Positions 48,814 through 58,196 of a DNA stretch of 64,000 nucleotides are shown piece by piece. The translations under genes and the position numbers were made by a program. Numbering within the stretch: the stretch's first letter is position 1; each line of letters opens with the position of its first letter. Source of the stretch: Candidatus Cloacimonadales bacterium (GTDB lineage: Bacteria > Cloacimonadota > Cloacimonadia > Cloacimonadales > DAONDQ01); contig OY759316.1 of the NCBI GenBank assembly GCA_963662275.1, positions 2,592,001 to 2,656,000 of the forward strand. The letters are read 5' to 3'. The notes below the pieces were generated by a model. It saw only the letters and a list, made by a program, of their open reading frames with translations, did no database searches and was not told the origin of the DNA.

Positions 48814-49093
48814 GTCTGCTATACAATCCGTAGGATGTAATTCTGCTAGCCCAGGAAGTCCTTCCTGGGTTGAGCGATGTAAGAGGAATAACCGCCTGCA
48901 GCTTGTGCTGCATGAGTCCATTAGGACGGCACTATTTGCCGTATTCTCCAATCACTTAATACATTCCTCATTATATATACCTGGTCAAAACCAAATTTAA
49001 ACAAATCCTAATCCTGTTTCATTCCAATTTCCCGAAACAGGATTGAAACTGGTATAATATACGTGGAATAATAGTGGACTTGAATTCGCAGAA

Positions 49094-49155
49094 GTAGAGA
49101 CGCCCAAGTTGGGCGTCTCTACAAGGGGAGGATAGACACATGGGTCTATCCCTAC
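49094..49155. repeat. Two adjacent GTAG-type palindromes
   Basis: Perfect 14-bp arms gtagagacgcccaa-g-ttgggcgtctctac (49094-49122); ggatagacacatgggtctatccctac (49130-49155). Confidence 0.85.
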
Positions 49156-50798
49156 CTTACTACCGTTATCTTCTGTTTCTGCTGTGCTTCACCGCTGGTA
49201 AATACACACACATAAACCCCTGATGAAAGATCATTTAAATTGTAAATCGCAGAACCTGATTTGGCTTGTTCTGCATTCATAGTAAACGACTTGACTTTCT
49301 GTCCCCGGATATTATAAATTTCGAAGGTAGAAGCTCCCCCCTTGGGAAGGGGGGTAGGGGGGTCAACAGTGAATCTGATGTTAAGTTCAGAATCCCAAGA
49401 CTGCATCGGATTCGGATACAACTGCAGTTTGGAGATAGCAGGTGTATTTGTTTCATCAGCATTGGGTGTTGGGTCATCCAGTTGCGTGTTTCCGGCATAA
49501 ACAAATACACGACCAGGTGTAGGAAAAGCTGCATAATCAAAAGGTGCCGAAATGGCAGCATCGCAGCAACCATCTCCATTGTAATCGCCCATAGTCAGGC
49601 AGAAGCCATACATGTCAGTTTCCACATCAAGATATGGTGGTGTCAAATGCAGATCGGGACCTCCGTTCATGGGAACACCTCCTATCCACAGGTAGGCGTC
49701 TCCATAACCGCTAAACTGGGTGACACTGGTGCCCATCAGATCATCTGTGCCATTACCATTCACATCACCATGACCAAAACCATCACCACCAGCATCTCCG
49801 TTATAAGGTGGTGATATATTCACATAGTTTGTTCCATTAAAATCAGGTCCTCCAAAAACTAGTATGGCATTCGAACCCCTAAATGCGGTCACGATATCTG
49901 CATGACCATCACCATTTACGTCACCTGCTGGATAGGCGAAAGAATTCCTTAGATTTGAATCATCTGCGACCACTAAACTATCGCTATATATTCCTGATAA
50001 ATTGCCATAATAAAGAACAATCCTATGAGTTGGATTACTGTTTGAACCATATCCATATCCGAGATAAAAGTCATCTATACCATCTGCATTAACATCACTT
50101 ATTCCGCAGATATCAGCGTTATCCTGGACATTACTAATTTCATCAAATACTGTATTTAACATACCTCCACCATAGGTAATACCAATCTGGATCTGATATG
50201 GATAACCATGTCTAAGCGTAATATATCCGATATCAGCGAAACCATCGTGATTGATATCACCTAAACCACGAACGTGACAAAAGGTATTATCCCATTCCTC
50301 CCTCGGGAAAGTGAGTATATAATCGGGAACAGTATCGGGATTCGCACCGCCGTAAAAGACGCAGAGCTGGAGATTAAAAGCCTGGCTATTGGTTCCTTCA
50401 TACATCGATGCCCTGAATAATGTCAGGTCATCTATCCCATCACCATTCATATCGCCCGCATTGCACATGGAGTATGAAAGTCCATATTCTATCTCATGGT
50501 GACCGGTGATTTCCATTTCAGGCACATTATCAAAATTGGGACCGCCAAAATAAAAGTATAGTTTACCATATGGATATGGTGGATAAGAAGGTGTATAACC
50601 TCTGGGATCCCAATTAGGTGATGCAATAACTAAATCATCGTTGCCATCTCCATTCCAATCAAGAGTTGTCATGATTAATCCCATTCCGAAGAAATCATCT
50701 TCCCCTGTCATAGTGGTCATAATATCCATGTGGTTCAAGGCAGGGAGAATGCTGGTGAAAAGAAGAACAGCTAAAACAACTAAAATACCTTTATCCAT
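49152..50798 (-). CDS. Secreted FG-GAP (integrin-like) repeat protein with T9SS-type CTD
   Basis: Signal peptide; repeated 'GD.NGDG.DD'; CTD 'LYPNP...IYNIRGQKV...LSSGVY'. Confidence 0.85.
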   Translation of the reverse strand: MDKGILVVLAVLLFTSILPALNHMDIMTTMTGEDDFFGMGLIMTTLDWNGDGNDDLVIASPNWDPRGYTPSYPPYPYGKLYFYFGGPNFDNVPEMEITGHHEIEYGLSYSMCNAGDMNGDGIDDLTLFRASMYEGTNSQAFNLQLCVFYGGANPDTVPDYILTFPREEWDNTFCHVRGLGDINHDGFADIGYITLRHGYPYQIQIGITYGGGMLNTVFDEISNVQDNADICGISDVNADGIDDFYLGYGYGSNSNPTHRIVLYYGNLSGIYSDSLVVADDSNLRNSFAYPAGDVNGDGHADIVTAFRGSNAILVFGGPDFNGTNYVNISPPYNGDAGGDGFGHGDVNGNGTDDLMGTSVTQFSGYGDAYLWIGGVPMNGGPDLHLTPPYLDVETDMYGFCLTMGDYNGDGCCDAAISAPFDYAAFPTPGRVFVYAGNTQLDDPTPNADETNTPAISKLQLYPNPMQSWDSELNIRFTVDPPTPLPKGGASTFEIYNIRGQKVKSFTMNAEQAKSGSAIYNLNDLSSGVYVCVFTSGEAQQKQKITVVR

Positions 50799-51040
50799 TG
50801 GTACTCCTTATTTCTACAACCCACAGAATATAAAATATAATATTTATACGTAATTTTCATTCCATTGCTAGTTTTATCCAGTATCTTGCCGGATAGTATC
50901 CATTTTCTCTTTAGTCTATCACGTTTTTGTTAATTGCATAGCTGTTTCTGGGGCGCCATCTATCTGATGGTGCTACGTGCTCTTTTAGAGGACGTATTCT
51001 CTTCACCGGCATTTCGATGGGGAAAATCACCGGATGACGG

Positions 51041-51150
51041 ATCATGTTAAAACATAATAACGGCTGAAGCAGTTGATCCAACGACTGAAGATCATGTTAA
51101 AACATAATAACTGCTGAAGCAGTTGATCCAACGACTGAAGTTGTTGCTAC
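51041..51150. repeat. 50-bp tandem duplication ending in a GTAG-type REP
   Basis: 51041-51090 and 51091-51140 differ at one base; minus strand begins gtagcaacaacttcagtcgttg; another GTAG hairpin at 50951-50976. Confidence 0.9.
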
Positions 51151-51157
51151 GGTGCTG

Positions 51158-54052
51158 CTATTTCAGTAGCAGCATCTTCCTGGTTATGTTTATCTTATCC
51201 GTTTCCAGCCGGTAAAAATAGATACCAGAAGATACTTGCTTGCTATTATCATCTTTCCCGTTCCAAAGAATTGAATAAGATCCTGCTTGTCTGTTGTCAT
51301 TTACAAGTGTCCTGACTTTTTGACCTTTGACATTATAAACACAAAGAACAACTTTGGAAGTCTTTGCCAGGGAATACTTGAGTGTTGTTTCCGGATTAAA
51401 CGGATTGGGATAATTTTGTTCAAGCTTGTTGGTAGATGCAATCGGAACTGTAGAATCATTATTTCCAACAGGTTCATTGAATTTATTCATGAGAATATAC
51501 TCAACAAATTGTTTTGCTTGAGTTTGGTTCATGTTCCACAAAGGAAAACTTAAAACTACAGTATTATAATCTTCTCCAAAATACCCGATACCCACATCTG
51601 TACCATTCAAAATTCCTTGCGAAGCAGTATTCGCATAATCAGACCCGTAAGTATAGAGCACTTCCCCACCAGGAGCTGCAGCAAGACCTTCAATTTTAAA
51701 AATATGGTGATTCAGTGCAGCCGCTGATTTAAGACTATCAACCCTCATGGCAGGATAATCGATATTACTTGGTATAGCATATTTAAATCGCGCTGAAGTA
51801 GAATAGCTAACTCCTGAAATTTTAAACATATCATATAGGAAATCTCCGGTTACAAATGTCTTGGGATAAAAACTGTTCAAATCCCATGCATAGGTTGGCT
51901 GATAAGTAGATATCAGGATATTTCCCCCATACCCGAGGTATTCCTGTAATGCACTTCGGGAAGGATATGCTTGCTCAACCCCTACAGCCGTATTGCAGTG
52001 CCAAATGATCGTCGAAAATGCCCCGAAATCAGCCAGTTTAGGCTGAGGATCAACTGTCAGATCGTAAAGCGTTCTTCGATAATCACTTAACAATTCATTA
52101 TAATAATCATCCACTTGGACATCTGAAGGCTGAAGATAACTGGAACCACTCCCATTGGCAGTGCCATCAACAATCAAAACACCCTTGTTCAAAGAAACAG
52201 CTCGCGAATAGATCTGCTCAGAAGCATTACTGAGGTTACCTGCCAAATCTTCAGTTTTCACAGTGTAATAGTAATACACTCCATCTTCTACAGCATTATC
52301 CACATAGGATGCGTTTGTACATAAGGAAGGATTGATCAGTGTTCCAAGTTCTCCTGCTGTTGTCGAACGATAGATACGATAACCGACAATATCCAACTCA
52401 AGATTGGCTTCCCATGATAAATCAACCTGGTGCAATACCGGGTGATCGATTAAATTTGTTGGTGTTCGTGGAATCATATATGGGACTGCTTCCTTCACTG
52501 TAATAATACTTTCGAAATTGGCTGAATTCAGACAACTAAACCCAATATGATATTGCGTGCCTGAAAGAAGACCTTCCACAATTGTTTGTGTTCCATTTAC
52601 TGTAATTGTTTGATTCCAGACCTCTGTTGAATCTGCGACATATACTTTATATTGGGTAATGTCTTGTTCAGGAGAAGGTTCCCAGCTTATTTTCAAAGAA
52701 TTACCCAGTCCGGTATCTTGGATTTGGAAATCCGTAATAGGGTATGGCATACTTGACATCGTAGCTCCACAAGCTACAGAACTCTTTATGACCCTGGAGC
52801 AGAAATCCATGTCTAAATGGATGAATAAATCATCACCGGTATGGTAGAAAGGCGAAAAATCCAGTTCTTCGAAATATATCGAAGGAATACCATGTAACCA
52901 AAAATTATATGAATCTGATCCGGCGCTATCATATAATCCTCTAATCGGAACAAGATCCGTATAGGTTGTTGTCATATTTCCGGCAAATAGTGTGTAAGAA
53001 TCGAAACCCGTATATGGCTGTAAAAGAACATAATCGGAGACATAATTATCATCGTGAGTTGCGATCATATCATGATTGATCATCAATTTGACCTGGGTTC
53101 CGTTAGTTAATAAGTCTTGAACATAAGCCTGGCTTCCCAGTAATCCCATCTCTTCACAGGCAAAGGCAACAAACCGAAAAGTGCAGGCAGGTTGGTAATT
53201 CATCAGTTTAAAGACACGTGCTGTTTCCAGAACTGCTGCAATACCACTTGCATTATCATCAGCACCCGGACAGTTAATCAAGGGATCTGCAGTACCGAAT
53301 GAAATATTATCATCGCTATGAGCACCAATAATGATATTCTTCTCGGGCGTAGTAACACCAGGTAATGTAGCAACGACATTATACTGTGGTATATCCTCGT
53401 ACAAAAAAGTATTGATCACAACATCTGTATAACCCATCCTAAGGAATTGATCCCGAATCCAGTTATCTACTGCGGGATGAGTGACCGCTGCGTAAAAGCG
53501 TGTCCCGAAATCCTGCAAATGCTGAATGAATGATCCGATACTGTCAGGATTCACCTGGTTTACCAGATCCTGGATTTCAGTTCTTGATTGAAGATTTGAT
53601 ACAGGAGCCTTCATTTTCTGATTCTGATAATATGAAGGTACATTTGTAAGTGGAATTGCCATGTAACCGGTTTGAAATAAAAGTGATTTGATATTTGTAT
53701 TCGTCTTAACCAAAATCTGGAACTCACTCTGCCAAAGTAAAGTACCCCAGGCAGAATTCCATTTTATGGGTTTATGCGATTCGGATGTGATAATATAGGT
53801 TTGCGATAAATCCATATTATGATCTATGATCGAATAAGGTATCCTACTCAAACTGGCAAGTTTACCTGAATCAATACCGATGAAAAGAATATCTCCATTT
53901 CTATGATAAACCGGTAATTTCAATTGTTCAAAAGCATTATGATTTGAGATTTGAGTTAGATCGATCTTGACCAGGATTTTCTGGTTTTGTGCAAATAGCG
54001 GGATACAGATGAGTAACATTACAAAAAAAAGAAGTGAATATTTAAAATTCAT
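51158..54052 (-). CDS. Secreted M28 peptidase with FN3 domains and FlgD-Ig/T9SS-type CTD
   Basis: 'IIGAHSD', 'GADDNASG', 'EEMGLLGS', 'NHDM', 'SD', 'YHT.DD'; FN3 repeats; 'QNYPNPFNPET...RKMLLLK'. Confidence 0.88.
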   Translation of the reverse strand: MNFKYSLLFFVMLLICIPLFAQNQKILVKIDLTQISNHNAFEQLKLPVYHRNGDILFIGIDSGKLASLSRIPYSIIDHNMDLSQTYIITSESHKPIKWNSAWGTLLWQSEFQILVKTNTNIKSLLFQTGYMAIPLTNVPSYYQNQKMKAPVSNLQSRTEIQDLVNQVNPDSIGSFIQHLQDFGTRFYAAVTHPAVDNWIRDQFLRMGYTDVVINTFLYEDIPQYNVVATLPGVTTPEKNIIIGAHSDDNISFGTADPLINCPGADDNASGIAAVLETARVFKLMNYQPACTFRFVAFACEEMGLLGSQAYVQDLLTNGTQVKLMINHDMIATHDDNYVSDYVLLQPYTGFDSYTLFAGNMTTTYTDLVPIRGLYDSAGSDSYNFWLHGIPSIYFEELDFSPFYHTGDDLFIHLDMDFCSRVIKSSVACGATMSSMPYPITDFQIQDTGLGNSLKISWEPSPEQDITQYKVYVADSTEVWNQTITVNGTQTIVEGLLSGTQYHIGFSCLNSANFESIITVKEAVPYMIPRTPTNLIDHPVLHQVDLSWEANLELDIVGYRIYRSTTAGELGTLINPSLCTNASYVDNAVEDGVYYYYTVKTEDLAGNLSNASEQIYSRAVSLNKGVLIVDGTANGSGSSYLQPSDVQVDDYYNELLSDYRRTLYDLTVDPQPKLADFGAFSTIIWHCNTAVGVEQAYPSRSALQEYLGYGGNILISTYQPTYAWDLNSFYPKTFVTGDFLYDMFKISGVSYSTSARFKYAIPSNIDYPAMRVDSLKSAAALNHHIFKIEGLAAAPGGEVLYTYGSDYANTASQGILNGTDVGIGYFGEDYNTVVLSFPLWNMNQTQAKQFVEYILMNKFNEPVGNNDSTVPIASTNKLEQNYPNPFNPETTLKYSLAKTSKVVLCVYNVKGQKVRTLVNDNRQAGSYSILWNGKDDNSKQVSSGIYFYRLETDKINITRKMLLLK

Positions 54053-54198
54053 GATTCCTCCTTAATATATATCGAAAACAACATACATTCAAATTGATAG
54101 CATGATATAAGTCAAATATTTTTTTAAATTATTCCTTTGACATACAACACCGCATTTTTTTCTTTTATTCATAATAAAATCGACTGGAGGAGATCATC

Positions 54199-55095
54199 AT
54201 GTTTCCAAATGAAACGCTACATTTGTTAAACGAAAGAGCGAGTTTAAGAAACTTTGCGGACAAGGAAATTGAACAGGAAAAAATCGATTTGCTCATGCAA
54301 ACTGCCTGTAATAGTGCTTCTGGGGGAAACCTGCAACCGGTTTCTATTATCAAAATACAGGACAAATCAGTTCGTACTAAATTAGGTGAAATGTGCTGGC
54401 AGCCTTATGTTGGCAAAGCACCGCTGAATCTTCTCTTTTGCCTTGATCTTCATAGGAATGAAGTTATTGCTCAAGTCGGGGAAGCCCCCTATACTGTAAA
54501 TCATGCATTCAGACATTTTTGGATTTCCTTCCAGGATGTCATTATCTCAGCACAAAGTGTTTGCACAGCAGCGGACGCACTTGGTTTGGGTTCGTGTTAT
54601 ATAGGTACTATCGCTGAGTATTTCGATGAATGTGCAGAAATGTTCTCCCTTCCTGCTCATGTTGTTCCTGTTGTATTAGTAGTGATCGGATATCCTGCTT
54701 CCAAGCCCGGAATCCGTAAGAAATTCACACCTGATGTCATGGTACATGATGAAAAATATCACGATTATGATCCAATAGCATTGTATGAGAAATATATTGA
54801 ACGTGAGGGAAAAAGAGAATCTGCTTTTTCTGATAAGCAGCTAGAGACTTTCAATGCGAACTACCAGGCAGTGAATGGAAAAATAAAGGCGGATGAATTA
54901 ATCACTAAAATCAAGGAACGTGGCTGGCTCACTCCGATTCAGTACGTCTTTGGATTACATTACCATGCTGCTACTATGCCATTAAGTAATCTGAAATTCC
55001 TGGAATGTCTCAAAAAACAGGATTTGCATTTCTTTGAAGAATGGCAGCCAATGGATGAGAGTGCCCTTGACTATTTTGAATTTGAAGAAGAATAG
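54199..55095 (+). CDS. Nitroreductase-family flavoprotein (NfsA/FRP-like)
   Basis: 'RASLRNF', 'ASGGNLQP', 'ALGLGSCYIG', 'IGYP', 'HDEKY'. Confidence 0.88.
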   Translation: MFPNETLHLLNERASLRNFADKEIEQEKIDLLMQTACNSASGGNLQPVSIIKIQDKSVRTKLGEMCWQPYVGKAPLNLLFCLDLHRNEVIAQVGEAPYTVNHAFRHFWISFQDVIISAQSVCTAADALGLGSCYIGTIAEYFDECAEMFSLPAHVVPVVLVVIGYPASKPGIRKKFTPDVMVHDEKYHDYDPIALYEKYIEREGKRESAFSDKQLETFNANYQAVNGKIKADELITKIKERGWLTPIQYVFGLHYHAATMPLSNLKFLECLKKQDLHFFEEWQPMDESALDYFEFEEE

Positions 55096-55146
55096 TTGTA
55101 TTTCATTGTATCCAATTGCAGGTGTATAGCTGAAGATATGTGAATC

Positions 55147-55404
55147 ATGAAAACGGGTAAAATCATAGATATTGAATGCCAATGCGGTTTCAAACTCTTT
55201 CGCTATTTCAAGGCAGGTAAGGGTAGGATCATCAAATGCTTTATCAATAGGATGGAAACAGATTATGTGGGGCTGAAGGGTGTTGAAACTTATTCAAAAC
55301 CCGTATGCCCTCAATGTAGTAAAGAATTGGGTATTATCATGATGATACACGGTGAACCAGCCTTAAAGATTAATCATGGTACGATTAAGGATATCAGGAT
55401 TTAA
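55147..55404 (+). CDS. Small putative Zn-ribbon protein
   Basis: 85 aa with 'CQCG' and 'CPQC'. Confidence 0.55.
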   Translation: MKTGKIIDIECQCGFKLFRYFKAGKGRIIKCFINRMETDYVGLKGVETYSKPVCPQCSKELGIIMMIHGEPALKINHGTIKDIRI

Positions 55405-55429
55405 CTTTCCTGATCTGATTCCTGCCATC

Positions 55430-57088
55430 TCATTCCAATTTGTTGCTTACTTCCTGATTATCATCATCCGGAGCAATGACAACTTGATTCCTGCCATTTT
55501 CTTTTCCGATATAAAGTGCTTTATCTGCTTTCTTCAGGCAAAGATCCAAGTCCTCATAATCCGCATAGCAACAAACACCTGCTGTAAGAGTTACGTGAAT
55601 CACCTGTTGTTGGAAAACACAACTCCCGCTTGCCAGGGAAGATCGTATCTTTTCACCAACGATCTTGCCACCATTGGCATTTGTTTCAGGTAATAACAAC
55701 AGAAATTCTTCTCCACCCCATCTTGCCACATAGTCCTGTTTACGGACAGAATCCTTTATGACATTAGAAATAAAGATCAAAACAAAGTCCCCAGCATCGT
55801 GACCGTATGTGTCATTAATATTTTTAAAATGGTCAATATCGAGCATAATCAACGTAAAAGGTTTTTGATTACGTTCATAGGCAACTTGCGAATACTTGAT
55901 TTTTTCCAGAATATCGCGTCTGTTCGACAGATTTGTCAAAGGATCTCTACGAGCTAATAAATCCAGGGTTTGATAGGCATTGGAGATTTCTGCATTCTTT
56001 ATCCTAATTTGGGCATATGCTTTTTTGAGAGCTTTATTTGCTCGTGCTTTCAGAAGATACAGTAAGTAAAATAAGAAAGTGATTATCAAGAGCAAGAAAA
56101 CTAAGATTGATATAGATCTGTTTTTGGTTTTTTGCTTTTCTAATGTAAGCTTATCGATCATCTTGTCCTTTTCCAAGATGGATATCTTTTTTTCTTTTTC
56201 AGAAGTAATATGCTTTTCTTTCTTTAATTCTATACCGATTACATTAGTAACTGCTTTTTCTGTTAATAAAGCCTTTTCTGTCCTTGCTTTTTCGAGTTGT
56301 AGTTGAGTTGCTTCGCTTTCCTTTTTTTCTTTTATAGCATCGAACTGGAGTTGCATTTCCTTCATTTTCTTACGGTTTGCCTTAGTAAAAAGAACATGTA
56401 ACGTATCTGAGGATGAAGAATACAACTTATAATAATACAAAGCCTTATCTTGATTCCCCAGAGTTGCATAAGTTTTAGATTTAACAAGATATTCCTGTCT
56501 CACTTCTTCTTGGAGGGCTTCTTCAGCTTTTATTCCTTTCTGATAATAATCAAAAGCAGTTTGTGCTTTCGCCAGATACTTAGCTACTACGGCAAGAGAA
56601 TAATAAATTTCAGCCAGTCCTTGCTTTTCGCCGTTTTTCAATTTAATCTGAAGTGCTCTTTGGTAATAGTCAAAAGCATCTCGATTCCGGGCTTTGTCCT
56701 CATAGATCCTGCCGATGTTATCCAGTGTTGACGAGTAGCCTTTCACATTCGGATTTGCCTGATATTTTTCAACTGCAGCAAGATCATATTCCAGGGCATT
56801 TTTCAGATCATTCGCTTGATAATACAAAGCTCCTATTTTACCAAGAACATATGCTTCATCTTTAGCATCTTTGTTCTTCCGTGCCAGATCAAGAGCAAGT
56901 TGTGCATAATCTAGAGCAAGCTTTGGTGAAGATTGAATATTCGAATCAGATAATTTGCAGAGAATTTCTACTTTTCTGTCTTCAGACGCTGTTTTCAATT
57001 CTTGTTTCAATGCATTAAAATCTTCTTGAGCAAATAACAATAAAGGTAACCCGACAAAGAACAACAACAGCCAATTTCGCATCATCAC
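55430..57088 (-). CDS. Membrane-bound TPR-sensor diguanylate cyclase
   Basis: Signal peptide, TPRs, one TM, 'DPLT', 'DIDHFK.INDTYGHDAGD', I-site RKQD and 'RWGGEEF'; true start may be ATG 57085 or 57082. Confidence 0.92.
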   Translation of the reverse strand: MMMRNWLLLFFVGLPLLLFAQEDFNALKQELKTASEDRKVEILCKLSDSNIQSSPKLALDYAQLALDLARKNKDAKDEAYVLGKIGALYYQANDLKNALEYDLAAVEKYQANPNVKGYSSTLDNIGRIYEDKARNRDAFDYYQRALQIKLKNGEKQGLAEIYYSLAVVAKYLAKAQTAFDYYQKGIKAEEALQEEVRQEYLVKSKTYATLGNQDKALYYYKLYSSSSDTLHVLFTKANRKKMKEMQLQFDAIKEKKESEATQLQLEKARTEKALLTEKAVTNVIGIELKKEKHITSEKEKKISILEKDKMIDKLTLEKQKTKNRSISILVFLLLIITFLFYLLYLLKARANKALKKAYAQIRIKNAEISNAYQTLDLLARRDPLTNLSNRRDILEKIKYSQVAYERNQKPFTLIMLDIDHFKNINDTYGHDAGDFVLIFISNVIKDSVRKQDYVARWGGEEFLLLLPETNANGGKIVGEKIRSSLASGSCVFQQQVIHVTLTAGVCCYADYEDLDLCLKKADKALYIGKENGRNQVVIAPDDDNQEVSNKLE

Positions 57089-57323
57089 CCCTTTTTAATG
57101 CCATTTAGATTCGACTAAAATGTGTCTTTTTCTTAATTTTAATTTCTTCTTAAAAATAATCATGTCAAGGATTAATTCTGAAGACAGTTAGTTACCGACT
57201 GTTGAACGAAGCTGCAAGCAGCAGTACCGTTCGCAGTAAACTCGTGTTTCATGCATTTAAACTATTGATATACTGAACCCTCACTAAAAGCATACTTACC
57301 CCCAAAATTAACTGGAGGTAAGT

Positions 57324-58196
57324 ATGGAATCATACGAAGTTCGCTTTTTAGAGTGCCTTGATCTTCGAGGCGTGTCCCGAGAGACAAAATACAATTACAT
57401 CAGACAAGTCACTTCTTTAGCATCATATTATGGTCAAGACCCCGGCACACTATCTATTGAACAGGTAAGAACATATTTTGTCTACCTGCATAACGTCAAG
57501 AATTATAGTCCTCAGAGTTTAAAATCAGCCTATTATGGCATCAGATTTTTTTTCATCCATGTTGTTGGTTTCAGGCAAGAGGATTTTACCTTTTTTAAGG
57601 CAAAGATTGAGCACAAACTTCCTGTGATTCTGACCACAGACGAAGTTAGAATGCTTATCTCCCGCATTCATACTTATGATTATCGACTCTTACTGACTCT
57701 TACCTATCAATGCGGATTAAGGATTTCGGAAGCAGTCAAGATTAAAATAGCCGATATCAACCGGGAATTGATGACCATCACGGTAAGGCAATCCAAAGGC
57801 AACAAAGACAGGTCAATACCTCTGCCTGAAAAATTGTATCAGGAACTCCGGGAATATTGGAAAACCCATCAGAACAGACAGCTTTTATTCCCGAGCAGAA
57901 GCACCAGACAGGCTGATATTAACAGAATGACAACCTCGAACCAGATTTCTGTCCAAACTCTTCGGTCAGCTCTGAAGTCAGCCTTAAAGGAGACACGCAT
58001 CCCTAAGCATGTAACCTGTCATACACTCAGACATTCTTATGCCACACATTTATTGGAAGCAGGTGTCAGTATCATCATCATCAAAGACTTGCTCGGGCAC
58101 GAAAGTCTTAGAGCGACCATGGTATACGTGCATTTGACTAACGTTTCCCGAGAGCAGTCATGTAAAATCATCAATGAACTGATGAATAAGATGTAA
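57324..58196 (+). CDS. Tyrosine recombinase/integrase
   Basis: 'GLRISE', 'KGNKDR', 'HTLRHSYATHLLE', 'LLGH', 'TMVYVH'. Confidence 0.93.
   Translation: MESYEVRFLECLDLRGVSRETKYNYIRQVTSLASYYGQDPGTLSIEQVRTYFVYLHNVKNYSPQSLKSAYYGIRFFFIHVVGFRQEDFTFFKAKIEHKLPVILTTDEVRMLISRIHTYDYRLLLTLTYQCGLRISEAVKIKIADINRELMTITVRQSKGNKDRSIPLPEKLYQELREYWKTHQNRQLLFPSRSTRQADINRMTTSNQISVQTLRSALKSALKETRIPKHVTCHTLRHSYATHLLEAGVSIIIIKDLLGHESLRATMVYVHLTNVSREQSCKIINELMNKM

Noticed and set aside
48649..49000. Short ORFs with a duplicated 'LYNRV.AEL' peptide
   Set aside because: Explained by the 27-bp DNA tandem repeat and REPs in an intergenic region.
51041..51140. CRISPR array (also considered for 27838-27928 and 23224-23300)
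   Set aside because: Units are tandem without unique spacers, or are REP/IS21 subterminal repeats; no cas genes in the window.
57324..58196. Integron integrase with cassette array
   Set aside because: Lacks the IntI-specific insertion motifs, is coupled to an IS91 transposase, and no attC cassette series was seen nearby.
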